NCBI GenBank assembly: GCA_963793265.1
Contig: CAWBZI010000001.1
Coordinates: 448,001-512,000 of the forward strand
Direction: 5' to 3'
DNA: 64,000 bases
Origin: an uncultured cyanobacterium
GTDB taxonomy: Bacteria > Cyanobacteriota > Cyanobacteriia > Phormidesmidales > Phormidesmidaceae
The notes beneath the pieces were generated by a model. It was not told the DNA's origin. It saw only the letters and a list, made by a program, of their open reading frames with translations, and did no database searches. Position 1 is the first letter of the stretch. Every line of letters starts with the position of its first letter. Below, one piece after another: positions 30,731-41,376 of this stretch. Both the position numbers and the translations under genes were made by a program.

Positions 30731-31906
30731 TTGAAGAGAATTGCGGTTGTCCATGAGTGGTTTACTAGCCACGCAGGCTCGGAGAAAGTCGTTGAGCAAA
30801 TTCTTAGGATTTATCCTAAGGCGGATTTGTACAGCCTGGTAGACTTTTTGCCGGATGAGCTGCGCCACATTATCGGGCACAAATCGGTCAATACATCGTT
30901 CATTCAGGCTATGCCTTTTGCTCAGCGCTATTTTCGCAGCTACTTGCCGCTAATGCCGATGGCGATCGAACAGTTTGATCTGTCTGACTATGACCTGATT
31001 ATTTCGAGCCATCATGCGGTGGCAAAAGGTGTGTTGACGCGCCCGGATCAGCTTCATATCAGCTATGTACATACGCCACTGCGCTACGGCTGGGAGCTGC
31101 AGCATCAATATTTGCGTCAGGCTGGGCTCACGCGGGGGGCAAAAAGCGCGCTGACGCGGGCAATTTTGCACTATATGCGGCTTTGGGATGTCACGAGCGC
31201 GCACCGGGTCGATCGCTATGTTGCCAACTCTCAATATGTGGGTCGTCGGATCGAGAAGACCTATCGTCGGGAGGCTGAGGTGATTTATCCGCCGGTTGAT
31301 ACGCAGCGGTTTGTGAGTGACGATCAGCCTAAGCCCCGAGAGGATTTTTATCTGGTGGTGTCGCGGTTTGTGCCCTATAAGCGGGTGGATTTAGCGATCG
31401 CAGCTTTCAACCAGCTCAACCTACCGCTGGTCGTCATTGGCGATGGCCCAAACCGCAAAACCCTACAAAAAATGGCCGCGCCAAACATTCGGTTTTTAGG
31501 CAAACAGCCAGACAGTGTGGTAGCAAATTATATGCAGCGCTGTCGGGGGTTTATTTTTCCACCTGAGGAGGACTTTGGCATTACCCCGGTAGAAGCCCAA
31601 GCAGCGGGGGCCCCTGTAATTGCCTATGCAAAAGGCGGACAGGCCGAGACAGTCGTGCATGAGCGCACCGGATTACTGTTTGCACGTCAGACAGTCGAAA
31701 GTCTGGTACATTCGGTCGAAAGGCTACAGGCAGGTGTGGATCAATTTGAAGCAGATGCGTTGAAGCAGAATGCTGAACGATTCTCGACTGCCCGCTTTCA
31801 GGCGCAGTTCAGCGCTTTTGTAGAAAATGCATGGGTGCAGTTTGTAGCAAGCGCGCGGCCTGGCTCGCTAGGTCATCAGCTAGAGGAGGTCGATAGAACA
31901 CTGTGA
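30731..31906 (+). CDS. Glycosyltransferase family 4
   Basis: 'AVVHEWF...GSEKV', 'IYPPVD', 'PYKRVDL', 'EEDFGITPVEAQAAG'. Confidence 0.92.
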   Translation: MKRIAVVHEWFTSHAGSEKVVEQILRIYPKADLYSLVDFLPDELRHIIGHKSVNTSFIQAMPFAQRYFRSYLPLMPMAIEQFDLSDYDLIISSHHAVAKGVLTRPDQLHISYVHTPLRYGWELQHQYLRQAGLTRGAKSALTRAILHYMRLWDVTSAHRVDRYVANSQYVGRRIEKTYRREAEVIYPPVDTQRFVSDDQPKPREDFYLVVSRFVPYKRVDLAIAAFNQLNLPLVVIGDGPNRKTLQKMAAPNIRFLGKQPDSVVANYMQRCRGFIFPPEEDFGITPVEAQAAGAPVIAYAKGGQAETVVHERTGLLFARQTVESLVHSVERLQAGVDQFEADALKQNAERFSTARFQAQFSAFVENAWVQFVASARPGSLGHQLEEVDRTL

Positions 31907-33369
31907 CCATTTACCAACCGTCTCCTTACCGAGGCGCAAATACGGTTAGCTTGAAGCAGGCGATCGCCCATGTTCGCACCCGCCCCTGGCTCACGCTCGT
32001 TACGCTAGTCGGCATAGATTTCTTCTGCCTGGCCTGGGCCGGTATCCTTAGCGTTTTAACGCGCTTAGCTTTAGACGGACAGTTTCAGCCTTCGGTGTAC
32101 TGGCGGCTGTGGCCAGTGATTTTGATTTTCATCGTGGCTTATGCAGCGGCAAATTTGTATCCGGCGATCGCGATGAGCCCAGTTGAGGAGCTGCGCCGCC
32201 TGACGCTGACTACAACGCTGCTGTATCTGCTGCTAGGCTCCGCTATTTTCTTATTTAGAGAAGGCGCTATCTACTCTAGAGGCGCTTTCTTGATGGCCTG
32301 GCCGCTGTCTATATTGTTTGTCATTATTGGGCGCTATAGCATCCGCTCGCTGTGCGCTAAGCAAACCTGGTGGGGCTACCCAGTAGTGGTGATGGGCGCG
32401 GGCAAAACTGGGGAGATGGTGATTCGGACGCTGCAACATCAGCCGACGCTCGGGCTCAAGCCGATTGCGGTGTTAGATGATGACAGCCGCAAGCACGGCA
32501 CGTTAGCGGGCGTGCCTGTCGTTGGCAATCTGTCGATGGGGCCAATGCTTGCGCGTGACTTCAACATTCCCTATGCAATTGTGGCCATGCCGGGTGTGGA
32601 GCACCATAAGCTTTCTCCGTTGCTAGAGCGCTACGGTCGCACGTTTCCGCATTTGATGATTATTCCTAATTTGTTTGGAATGGCGAGCCTGTGGGTAGCG
32701 GCGAAAGATTTAGGCGGCGTGCTGGGTCTAGAGGTTTGTCAGCAGCTATTTTTACCAGGGCCTCGGCTGCTAAAGGCGACTTTGGATAAGGGACTGGTTT
32801 TTTTGATCGGGCTGTTTTCTCTACCGCTGATTGTGTTAATCAGCTTGCTGATTGCCTGCGATTCGCCAGGGCCAATCTTTTACCGGCAAACTCGGATTGG
32901 TCGGGGTGGCAGACTGTTTAAGGCTTGGAAGTTTCGCTCAATGTCGATGAATGCTGAGGTGGCTTTGGCGCAGTATTTAGAAACTCATCCAGAGCTACGA
33001 GCGTCGTGGAAGAAAGATCATAAGTTAAAGAAAGATCCTCGAATCACACGGGTTGGAAAGCTTTTGCGCCAAACGAGTCTTGATGAGCTGCCGCAGCTAT
33101 GGAATGTGCTGTGTGGTGAGATGAGTATGGTAGGCCCGCGTCCGATTGTGCACGAGGAGGTATTGCGATACGGCGATAAGTTTGATCTGTATTTGCAGGT
33201 ATTGCCAGGTTTGACGGGGCTATGGCAGGTGTCGGGGCGCAATAACGTTTCCTATGAGGAGCGGGTCAACTTTGATACCTACTACGTTAGAAACTGGTCG
33301 GTATGGCTCGATATTTATATTTTGATTCGCACCGTTAAGGTGGTTTTGTTGGGTGATGGTGCCTATTAA
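31903..33369 (+). CDS. wbaP: Undecaprenyl-phosphate sugar phosphotransferase (WbaP type)
   Basis: 'KFRSM', '[34 protein letters not shown]', '[13 protein letters not shown]'. Confidence 0.9.
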   Translation: MTIYQPSPYRGANTVSLKQAIAHVRTRPWLTLVTLVGIDFFCLAWAGILSVLTRLALDGQFQPSVYWRLWPVILIFIVAYAAANLYPAIAMSPVEELRRLTLTTTLLYLLLGSAIFLFREGAIYSRGAFLMAWPLSILFVIIGRYSIRSLCAKQTWWGYPVVVMGAGKTGEMVIRTLQHQPTLGLKPIAVLDDDSRKHGTLAGVPVVGNLSMGPMLARDFNIPYAIVAMPGVEHHKLSPLLERYGRTFPHLMIIPNLFGMASLWVAAKDLGGVLGLEVCQQLFLPGPRLLKATLDKGLVFLIGLFSLPLIVLISLLIACDSPGPIFYRQTRIGRGGRLFKAWKFRSMSMNAEVALAQYLETHPELRASWKKDHKLKKDPRITRVGKLLRQTSLDELPQLWNVLCGEMSMVGPRPIVHEEVLRYGDKFDLYLQVLPGLTGLWQVSGRNNVSYEERVNFDTYYVRNWSVWLDIYILIRTVKVVLLGDGAY

Positions 33370-34627
33370 GTCGTCTGATACGTTATCTGGTAAGTCACCT
33401 GGGCAGGGGCGATCGCTCGTTTGGCTAGCGAGCCTGATTGTGCTGCCCTATGCGAGCTATTTGGGGCTGTTGGTGATGCTGGGGCTGCTGATTGGGGCGA
33501 TGCGATCGCGCGGTAAGCAAGTATGGCAGCTTTGCGGGCAGTGTGGGTTTGGCTGGCTAACGGCGGGGCTGCTGCTGAGTTCGAGCTTTGCTTTGAACAA
33601 AGGCGAGTCTTTTTTACAGCTCACTAATTTTTTGCCCTTTTTTCTATTTTTTGGCGTTTTAGCAACGGTGCCGAGCGTTGTTAAGCAGCCCTTTGTTCAG
33701 CTTGAGGCGCTGGCAAAATGGCTGCTGCTGACTTCAGTGCCGCTGTGCTTGATTGCGGTGGTGGAGTTTGTAATTAAGTTTGAGGCGATCGCACCCCGCA
33801 TAAAAGCACTAGCGCTGCCTACCTGGCTACTCAACTGGATTTACGTGCCTGACTTTGGCCATCGGGCTCACAGCCTTTTTGGCCATCCGAACGCGCTGGC
33901 TGCTTATCTGGCAATTGTGCTGGGGCTGGGGCTGGGACTGGGACTGAAGCGGCTGTCTGAGCGAAAAGGGTTTGGGCTAGAGGCGTTGGCGTTGGGGCTG
34001 TGTGCGATCTCAATATTCTGCACGGGGTCACGAAATGGCGTGCTGATTTCGCTGGTTTTAGTCGCGATCGCCCTTTACGCTGCTCGTCGTCATAAGTGGG
34101 TGATGCTGGCCGGGCTCTTTGGCGGCGGCGCAATTGTCGCAGCGGTGTTGAGTATGGGAATTGGGGGGCGATCGCTCTCTATGGCACTGCTTACAAACGA
34201 CCCTCGCCTCGGCGTGTGGCGGCTCGCGATTGAAATGATTCATCAGCGGCCCTGGCTGGGCTGGGGCTTTGCCGGGCTCCGATTGCTGTATGAGCCCGGC
34301 AGCATTCCTGACTATGACAGCATTGCTCATGCCCACAACGTTTGGTTATTTCTGGCCTCGGAAGCCGGTATTCCAATGATGGTGGGATTTTGCGTGGTGG
34401 TTGGAACGATTTATTACAGGGGGGTAAGGGTGCTTTTGAAAGGGGGATTGATGGGGGGCGATCGCGCTATTTTGCTAGGCTACCTGCTCGCTTTTGCAAG
34501 CTGCCTGCTGTTCTCCTTATTTGATGTCGCCCTATTTGACTCGCGAATTAACGTATTGAGCTGGGGCTTGCTGGCGGCCATCTATCGCATGAGCATTCAT
34601 CAAAAGCCAGGAAATATTTTCACGTAA
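33353..34627 (+). CDS. O-antigen ligase family protein (Wzy_C / IctB-like)
   Basis: Multi-TM; 'FGHPNALAAYL', 'TGSRNG', 'RPWLGWG', 'HAHN'. Confidence 0.88.
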   Translation: MMVPIKSSDTLSGKSPGQGRSLVWLASLIVLPYASYLGLLVMLGLLIGAMRSRGKQVWQLCGQCGFGWLTAGLLLSSSFALNKGESFLQLTNFLPFFLFFGVLATVPSVVKQPFVQLEALAKWLLLTSVPLCLIAVVEFVIKFEAIAPRIKALALPTWLLNWIYVPDFGHRAHSLFGHPNALAAYLAIVLGLGLGLGLKRLSERKGFGLEALALGLCAISIFCTGSRNGVLISLVLVAIALYAARRHKWVMLAGLFGGGAIVAAVLSMGIGGRSLSMALLTNDPRLGVWRLAIEMIHQRPWLGWGFAGLRLLYEPGSIPDYDSIAHAHNVWLFLASEAGIPMMVGFCVVVGTIYYRGVRVLLKGGLMGGDRAILLGYLLAFASCLLFSLFDVALFDSRINVLSWGLLAAIYRMSIHQKPGNIFT

Positions 34628-34689
34628 AAAAGGTGCGAACAACCTTTTGCCCACACCCCTCTCCAAGTCTCAAATTAAACTAGCAAATC

Positions 34690-34785
34690 CTAGATCAGCT
34701 TGACAGCTCTTAGGCCGAAGTAGAGGGCCATTGCCGTGCCCGCCAACGCTGCGAGATAAACCACATAAATTACTGCGCCGCCCAT
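34690..34785 (-). CDS. petL: Cytochrome b6f complex subunit VI (PetL) (not in the ORF track)
   Basis: Manual translation MGGAVIYVVYLAALAGTAMALYFGLRAVKLI* (31 aa, single TM, 'FGLR..KLI' tail); AGGAG RBS; divergent from aroB. Confidence 0.88.
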   Translation of the reverse strand: MGGAVIYVVYLAALAGTAMALYFGLRAVKLI

Positions 34786-34881
34786 AATTTTCTCCTAAAC
34801 TAATGTTCTAATGCGTTCTTCTATTGAACCACAACGCCCGCTTTTCGCCCCCCAAATATCCCTGCCACTGGCCCCCTTGTT

Positions 34882-36003
34882 ATGAGCACCCTCACCAAAA
34901 CCACCATCCGCGTCAACATCCCTGAGAATCCTTACGACGTACGCATTGCGCCCGACGGCCTGGATGCTTTAGGCCAGTGGCTAACGGCTGAGGGCAAACC
35001 GCTCGTCAAGCCAGGGCAAAAGGTGCTGGTGGTGTCCAATCCGATTGTGTTTGACCTGTATGGCGATCGCGTTATCGACTCACTCACCCAGGCAGGCTAC
35101 GAGGTGTGCCAGTGCATTTTGCCAGCGGGCGAGCAGCACAAACACATGGCCTCGATTGCCACAATTCACGATGTCGCCTACGAAAATCGTTTAGAACGCG
35201 GCTCAGCAATGGTCGCCTTAGGCGGCGGCGTCATTGGCGATATGACCGGCTTTGCAGCGTCAACATGGCTACGCGGCATTGCCGTTGTGCAGGTACCTAC
35301 CTCTTTGCTCGCCATGGTCGATGCCTCTATGGGCGGCAAAACCGGCGTCAACCACCCCAAAGGCAAAAATCTAATCGGTGCTTTTCATCAGCCTCGCCTA
35401 GTCCTCATCGATCCAAGAGTACTTAAGACGCTACCTGTTCGCGAGTTCAGGGCGGGCGTGGCTGAGGTGATTAAGTACGGCGTGATTTGGGATTTGCCGC
35501 TATTTGAGAAGCTAGAAGCTGCCGCGCGACTAGACGATTTTAATCACGTGAGTGAAGCGCTATTGCAATACATGCTTGAGCACTCCTGCCAGGCGAAAGC
35601 TGATGTGGTGAGCCAGGACGTAAGAGAAGGGGGCATTCGAGCCATCTTGAACTACGGCCATACCATCGGTCATGCCGTTGAGAGCTTGACAGGCTACAGC
35701 GAAATCAATCACGGTGAAGCGGTGGGTATTGGGATGGTTGCCGCCGGGCAAATTGCTGTAGATATGGGGTTGTGGGCGCAGTCTGCGACCGACCGTCAGA
35801 ATGTGCTGATTAAGAAAACGGCGCTGCCGACTCAGTTGCCTGCGAGCGTTCGCACTGATGATATTTTGACGGCGATTAAGAGCGATAAAAAGGTACAGGC
35901 GGGTACGGTGCGCTTTGTCTTGCCAAAGGGAATTGGTGAAGCGTTTGTGAGCGATCGGGTTGATGCTGAAGATACGCGACGAGTGTTGGACGCTATGTAC
36001 TAA
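34882..36003 (+). CDS. aroB: 3-dehydroquinate synthase
   Basis: '[15 protein letters not shown]', '[21 protein letters not shown]', '[10 protein letters not shown]', 'HGEAV'. Confidence 0.97.
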   Translation: MSTLTKTTIRVNIPENPYDVRIAPDGLDALGQWLTAEGKPLVKPGQKVLVVSNPIVFDLYGDRVIDSLTQAGYEVCQCILPAGEQHKHMASIATIHDVAYENRLERGSAMVALGGGVIGDMTGFAASTWLRGIAVVQVPTSLLAMVDASMGGKTGVNHPKGKNLIGAFHQPRLVLIDPRVLKTLPVREFRAGVAEVIKYGVIWDLPLFEKLEAAARLDDFNHVSEALLQYMLEHSCQAKADVVSQDVREGGIRAILNYGHTIGHAVESLTGYSEINHGEAVGIGMVAAGQIAVDMGLWAQSATDRQNVLIKKTALPTQLPASVRTDDILTAIKSDKKVQAGTVRFVLPKGIGEAFVSDRVDAEDTRRVLDAMY

Positions 36004-36103
36004 TCGGAAAGCCTTACGATTGCGTTGCAGGATGTTCCGAATCTGGCCTGAAAGTGGTTCAGCCTGAAGCAGGCGGTTCAACGAGGGGTGACAGCGACGA
36101 CTA

Positions 36104-37133
36104 TAGCGGTTCCTAGCTGAATGAGGTACATTTTGAGTGTAGATTTCCTTTCCTCTTTGCTGAGTCTCAATGAAAGCGTACTCTCTCGATTTCCGGCAGA
36201 AAATAATGGAGGTTCATCACGAAGGTAAAACCTCACAGCGTCAGCTTGCTAAACGATTTAACGTTGCCTTGAGTTTCGTTGAGAAACTCATCAAACAAGA
36301 GAAAGAAACCGGCAGCATCGCCCCCAAAGGGCACGGCGGCGGGTCTAAGCCGAAACTGACGGAGGCACAAAAACAAGTCGTTGCAGAACTAGTTGCTGCC
36401 GACAACGATGCGACGTTAGTCGAACTGTGCGAGCAGCTCGAAGCGCGCGTTGGCGTTCGCGTTAGCCGTTCTACAATGGGCCGCCTCACGCAACAGCTCA
36501 ACCTGACCGTCAAAAAAAACGTTTAGAGCGGCTGAGAGAGACCGAGAGGACGTACTTCAGAAACGAGTGAGCTACTGGCAACTCATCCAGAAGATACGAG
36601 TAGAAGACCTCGTGTTCATTGACGAAGCTGGCGTCAACCTAGCGATGACGCGCCTCTATGCCAGAGCGCTACGCGGCCACAGAGCAACGGCAACGAAGCC
36701 CTCAGCCAGAGGTCAGAACGTTACGATGGTGGGCGCGATCGCTTTGTCAGGCGTGATTAGCGCGTTGACTTACACTGGCGGAACAGATGGGTTGACTTTC
36801 AAGACTTTTATCGAGAAAGCCTTAGTCCCTCAGCTATGGGAAGGTGCCTGCATCGTGATGGACAACTTCAGTTCACACAAAGTCGAAGGTGTCAGAGAGT
36901 TGATTGAGGCGGCAGGGGCCAAGCTGATTTACTTACCGCCTTATTCCCCAGACTTCTCGCCGATAGAGAACTTTTGGTCTAAGGTGAAGCAACACATTCG
37001 TTCAGCAGCGGCGCGTACATCTGAAGCACTTGACGAAGCGATTACAGATGCTTTCGCAGCGGTCTCTCTTGAGGATATTCAGCACTGGTTCGCTTATCGA
37101 TGCTACTGTACCTCACTGAACTGAGAACCGCTA
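36104..37133 (+). mobile_element. IS630-family insertion sequence, complete, with TA target duplication
   Basis: Left end TAGCGGTTCCTAGCTGAATGAGGTACA; right end (reverse complement) TAGCGGTTCTCAGTTCAGTGAGGTACA; TA on both flanks. Confidence 0.92.
36170..37124 (+). CDS. IS630 transposase split into an HTH orf (36170-36526) and a DDE orf, joined at an A8 run
   Basis: 'MKAYSLDFRQKI'; 'VFIDEAG', 'VMDNFSSHK', 'LPPYSPDFSPIENFWSK'; CAAAAAAAAC at 36511-36520. Confidence 0.9.
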
Positions 37134-37208
37134 TATACACGCCTATCGAACGTCGCTACTTCATCGTCTAACTTCAGTTTCGTTATCTAAGCGATCTTAG
37201 TTAGCTTC

Positions 37209-37664
37209 CTAGAACTGAGCATTCCGAATCTGTGAGAATATGATTCTCACCTGTCTCATGCCTAAAACAGGCGTGGCTACTAGCATTTTTCTACCATCAT
37301 AGTTCCGAAGATAAGACCGAAAAAGTCTACACTTGCTTCTTGATAAATCGATATCATCGAAGGAAAAGCGTTCTCTTTTAGTCTTTAGCATCCCTTTAAC
37401 AACGGGGCCAACGACGCCAACCTCACTGACTTCAATATCGGCTTGATTTATTAATGGTGTTGATACAAATAGCAGCAGTATTCCTAGTATCAATCCGGTG
37501 TAGAGGCCGATGTCTAGAACGCCTATTGGATCTTGCTCAGACAAGAAACCTGAGATATAGCGTGAGAAGAGACCTGAGCACAGAAAGGTAGGATACATGA
37601 TCAACACATATCGCCAGCGATAGGCTACATAAACATTTTTCATTGGGTAGCGTTTGACTCTCAA
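37209..37664 (-). CDS. Hypothetical membrane protein
   Basis: Two TM segments followed by a soluble domain. Confidence 0.55.
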   Translation of the reverse strand: MRVKRYPMKNVYVAYRWRYVLIMYPTFLCSGLFSRYISGFLSEQDPIGVLDIGLYTGLILGILLLFVSTPLINQADIEVSEVGVVGPVVKGMLKTKRERFSFDDIDLSRSKCRLFRSYLRNYDGRKMLVATPVLGMRQVRIIFSQIRNAQF

Positions 37665-37835
37665 CTACAACATGTTGATGTTAAAACTCGCTCTAGCGGA
37701 GAGCACTACTACTGTGCCAGTATTAAAGGCTTTTAGAAAGTGGAAGAGCGTTCTCTCTTTGAGAGCAAGCAAGTAGGGGAAATGCTGTAAACTCGTTGAT
37801 TTAGTACAAACGGTTTTTCAGGATTTCATTTTCAG

Positions 37836-38474
37836 TCAGCTAGGTCTACTAGAGGCGCTTTGCACGTGCGGGTATAGCCAGCGGTAGAACAGCCGCGTAA
37901 TACGAGGCATGACAACGTAAACCAAGGAAAAGACCGTCAGTGTTGTTAGGATAAACGCTCGTAGAAGGCTCGGTAGATCGGTCAGCAGTAACCCTAGCGT
38001 TCTACTTAAGATCTGAGACACTATAAAGACTGCTAGTGCTGTCAAAATCGCCATCTTATACCGCTTTGGTGGCTGCTTGACTAGCTTTCCTGGAAGCGTG
38101 AACCAGGTTTCAAAACCGGTGAGTACCTGCACGTCTTGATCTTTTTGAACCAGCGGCTGGGCCTTTTCCAGCCAGCGCTTGCGAATGGGCGACTCCATCC
38201 ATCGCTTCAGGTTTTGGTAACGGTCAAACTTCAAAATGATTGCATACTCAGGGTAAGTCTCATCTTGCGGACGAACAAAGCTAACACCACAGTGTCCTTC
38301 AAACTGCTGAGCGACGACAGAGACATCCCGCAACCACTTCTCATAAGCAGAAACATGCTCAGGCTTGACTAGGTGAGAGATAACCGCTGTCACATGCTGG
38401 TTGTCATCATTTGATAGCGGTGCCGAAGTTGAGAGAGAAGCCATACGCAGCGATCCTGTAAGGTCAAAAAGCAA
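37836..38474 (-). CDS. Antibiotic biosynthesis monooxygenase-like protein with C-terminal TM helices
   Basis: 'VTAVISHLVKP....YEKWL', 'WMESPIRKRWL', 'TGFETWFTLP', 'PPKRYKMA'. Confidence 0.8.
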   Translation of the reverse strand: MLFDLTGSLRMASLSTSAPLSNDDNQHVTAVISHLVKPEHVSAYEKWLRDVSVVAQQFEGHCGVSFVRPQDETYPEYAIILKFDRYQNLKRWMESPIRKRWLEKAQPLVQKDQDVQVLTGFETWFTLPGKLVKQPPKRYKMAILTALAVFIVSQILSRTLGLLLTDLPSLLRAFILTTLTVFSLVYVVMPRITRLFYRWLYPHVQSASSRPS

Positions 38475-38670
38475 TTCTGCAATCTATGAAAGCCAGTCCT
38501 TAATCGATTGTTATCCTTAGTTTGGCAACGTGGTATCAATATTAATATTTACACTGTACTGAAAATTAACTGAAAATTAGAAAAGGAAGCCAATTGAATG
38601 CCTCACAGTTAGGAAATACGTTCACAGCGATCAAAGACAACACAGAAGTCCTCTTATTCGACCTAGCGCT

Positions 38671-39576
38671 ATGAACATCGACTGTAACGCCATTGAAATA
38701 TTTGCTAAGAGCGCGAATGCGTTGATTGATTCTAAACAATCGCTCATTCGTCTCGACGATAGTTCCATACATGCAGAAGGGCCAGTCTATATCCCTATAG
38801 ACGAGAGTGTTGTATGGAGTGACGTCAAAGGAAACTGTCTGCGCCGTTGGTGTGATGGTAACGTCAGTATCATCAGACAGCCCACTCACTTCCAAAACGG
38901 AAACGCGCTCGATCTGGAAGGGCGTATTGTCGCCTGCTCTCATGGGGAACGCGCCATCGTACGTCAGGAGAAAGATGGTCGGTGGCACAAGATCGTTGAA
39001 CGCTATCAAGATAAGCGGCTCAATAGTCCAAACGATATCGTCGTCAAAAGTGATGGCACACTCTGGTTTACAGATCCGCCCTTTGGCCTAACTCAAGCAG
39101 ACGAAGGCTGCGGGGGCGAGCAAGAACAAGTGGGTAGCTTTGTCTTTCGCTTCGATCCTGCTACGGGCGAACTTGATGCCGTCATTACGGATATGGAACG
39201 TCCTAACGGTCTAGCGTTTAGCCCGGATGAGACGCTGCTGTATATCTCAGACACTTCGGCTGTTGAAAGAGCCGAGATGTGTCATGACATTCGAGCCTAT
39301 GACATCATAGATGACCGCTATGCTGCCAACATGCGAATATTCGCTGTGGTTGAACCTGGTCAGCCAGATGGCTTCTGCATTGACCAAGCCGGTAATGTCT
39401 TTACCAGCGCTCAAGACGGCGTTCAGATATACTCACCGACAGGCAACCTGCTCGGAAAGATACACACGCCAGAAGTTTGTACGAATGTAACCTTCGGTGG
39501 CAAAGAACGCGATTCTCTTTTCATCACGACAAGTTCTTCTCTTTACACGATAAAGACGAAGACTAGAGGTGCTTAG
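38671..39576 (+). CDS. SMP-30/gluconolactonase family protein
   Basis: 'HAEGPV', 'RLNSPNDIVV.SDG.LWFTDPPFG', 'PNGLAFSPDE', 'PDGFCID'. Confidence 0.92.
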   Translation: MNIDCNAIEIFAKSANALIDSKQSLIRLDDSSIHAEGPVYIPIDESVVWSDVKGNCLRRWCDGNVSIIRQPTHFQNGNALDLEGRIVACSHGERAIVRQEKDGRWHKIVERYQDKRLNSPNDIVVKSDGTLWFTDPPFGLTQADEGCGGEQEQVGSFVFRFDPATGELDAVITDMERPNGLAFSPDETLLYISDTSAVERAEMCHDIRAYDIIDDRYAANMRIFAVVEPGQPDGFCIDQAGNVFTSAQDGVQIYSPTGNLLGKIHTPEVCTNVTFGGKERDSLFITTSSSLYTIKTKTRGA

Positions 39577-39598
39577 CAACTTATTAATCACTTAAAGG

Positions 39599-39982
39599 CT
39601 AAGCGCCAAGATCCCCGAAGTACTCACGAAAGCCGACAACTTTGCCGTCTTTTACTTCAAAAGCGATCGCGTTGTGTCCCTTATACGGCTTGTTGACGTA
39701 TAAGCCTTCTGCTTCAAACTCAAACATCACAGAAGATTCGTCGCTGAGCGCGTAACGGGGTGAGGAAAACGTAAGGCGATCGCCTGCCGCCTCGTGGTCT
39801 TTGCACTTGGCAATCATCTTCTGTCGTCCCTCGGCTCCGCTGAACTTACCGCGATGAGTTCCCATGGGAAACCAAAAGGTCATCTCTTCAGCGAGCACAG
39901 CGATGTATGGGTCAAAGTTACCAGTTGCCCAACCCTGTGCGAATAAATCGAAAGCCTTGCGTGCTGTTGCTATATCAGCCAT
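39599..39982 (-). CDS. SnoaL/NTF2-like protein
   Basis: 127 aa; 'FEVKDGKVVGFREYFG' C-terminal pattern. Confidence 0.8.
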   Translation of the reverse strand: MADIATARKAFDLFAQGWATGNFDPYIAVLAEEMTFWFPMGTHRGKFSGAEGRQKMIAKCKDHEAAGDRLTFSSPRYALSDESSVMFEFEAEGLYVNKPYKGHNAIAFEVKDGKVVGFREYFGDLGA

Positions 39983-40060
39983 AACATTGAGTTTTATTGG
40001 TGACGCCTCAATCGTACAGCTCTATAACCATAAGAGAGCCATTACTCATGGACTAAACTA

Positions 40061-41375
40061 AGGAGCCGTTCGGAATTAACTTACCGGCTTGTTATTGTTT
40101 GTGTGGCTGTATTTCGTAGTTCCAGTCGCCCTGAAAAGCATTGCGCTTTAGCCGCACAGTTCTGATTTCTTCATCAGTCACTTTTCGACCAGTTAGATAT
40201 GTTTTACTATCGAGCCAACAGTGCACTTCTAACCCCGCTTCGGTTCGCGTTGAACCTACCAAATTGACCACGACTTGATGCGTTTCTAAGGGAACGCCTC
40301 GCCAATTTCGCGTGATATGACAGAACAAGCGATGCTCAATTTTGTTCCACTTGCTCGTTCCTGGCGGATAATGGCAAACCTCAATGTTCATCCCTGTTTC
40401 GTCTGCCAATCGTTGCAGTTCAAGTTTCCACAACCGGTTGCGATGACCGTTGCTACCGCCGCTATCGGCCGTAATCAGCAAACGATATGGTTTTGTATAG
40501 CGTGGCTGGCCTAACTCGTGCCACCAACGTCGAATCGCTTCGACGGCGAACTCGGCGGTGTCGCTACTAATGCCGACGGATACACCGGCTTCATTTTCGG
40601 CCATATCGTAAACACCATAGGGAACTGCTTTGCCCAGTTTCTTGTCGGGAAAGTCATGCGTGTCTACGGCTAGTGGATTGCCATTAGGTCGGTACTCTTG
40701 TCCTTTATTCGCTTTGTTTCCCAGCACTTCTTTCTTCTTCGTATCGACCGAAATCGCAGGCCGTCCGCTGCTTTGATAGGTTTTGACTCGTTTGGCAATA
40801 TGCTTGAATTGCGCATCGCGCTCAGGGTGGTTTTTACCTTCTCTAGTTTTGCGATTACCTTGAAGCGAATAGCCTAATTCTTTGAGCAGTTCGGCTAGCT
40901 TTGTGCGACCCACCGGATAACCCTGCTGCTTCAGCTCACTTTGCAAATTCGTCAAGCTTTTACACGTCCAGCGCAGCGGCGTTTGCGGGTCGCCTCGTCC
41001 AGTCGGCTCGACTAAACACTCGACCGCAAGCGGTAAGCTTTGATGGTGATGTTCGAGCCGCTTCCGCCCGCCGCCCGCTCGCCGCTGGCGACTCGCCGTT
41101 AATGGCGTTGAGCTACGCAGCTCTTGAATACCATTTCTCACGGTTCGATCTGATAGCCCAGTGGCATTTGCCACCGCGACAATGCCACCATGCCCGATGG
41201 CCATCGCTTCGGTTGCGGCCCAGCGACGACGACCCCGTTCATCTAAATCGTTGCTTAAGGCTAGATATTTTACACGGATGGTTTCAACTGTTTGAGCGTT
41301 TGGCATCTCAACAGCGTCGCAAAATTATGCTGTTTAATCAACCTGAAATCGGTAATTTATTTGCGAACGACTCCT
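40061..41375 (-). mobile_element. ISAzo13-family insertion sequence, complete
   Basis: Inverted repeats AGGAGCCGTTCGGAATTAACTTACCG and (reverse complement) AGGAGTCGTTCGCAAATAAATTACCG; TA on both flanks (reconstructed target CTAG). Confidence 0.88.
40092..41306 (-). CDS. ISAzo13 family transposase
   Basis: 'LDERGRRRWAA', 'RGDPQTPLRWTCKS', 'ISVDTKKKE', 'ITADSGGSNG', 'PPGTSKWNKIEHRLF'. Confidence 0.95.
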   Translation of the reverse strand: MPNAQTVETIRVKYLALSNDLDERGRRRWAATEAMAIGHGGIVAVANATGLSDRTVRNGIQELRSSTPLTASRQRRAGGGRKRLEHHHQSLPLAVECLVEPTGRGDPQTPLRWTCKSLTNLQSELKQQGYPVGRTKLAELLKELGYSLQGNRKTREGKNHPERDAQFKHIAKRVKTYQSSGRPAISVDTKKKEVLGNKANKGQEYRPNGNPLAVDTHDFPDKKLGKAVPYGVYDMAENEAGVSVGISSDTAEFAVEAIRRWWHELGQPRYTKPYRLLITADSGGSNGHRNRLWKLELQRLADETGMNIEVCHYPPGTSKWNKIEHRLFCHITRNWRGVPLETHQVVVNLVGSTRTEAGLEVHCWLDSKTYLTGRKVTDEEIRTVRLKRNAFQGDWNYEIQPHKQ

Positions 41376-41376
41376 T

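Noticed and set aside
33920..33947. (CTGGGG/A)n run in the O-antigen ligase gene
   Set aside because: It simply encodes LGLGLGLGL in a TM helix and is imperfect, so it is not a convincing phase-variation tract.
38566..39009. 147-aa minus-strand ORF, and similar shadow ORFs (e.g. 35560-36081, 40901-41407, 55675-56115)
   Set aside because: They lie antisense to well-supported genes and have no recognisable motifs.
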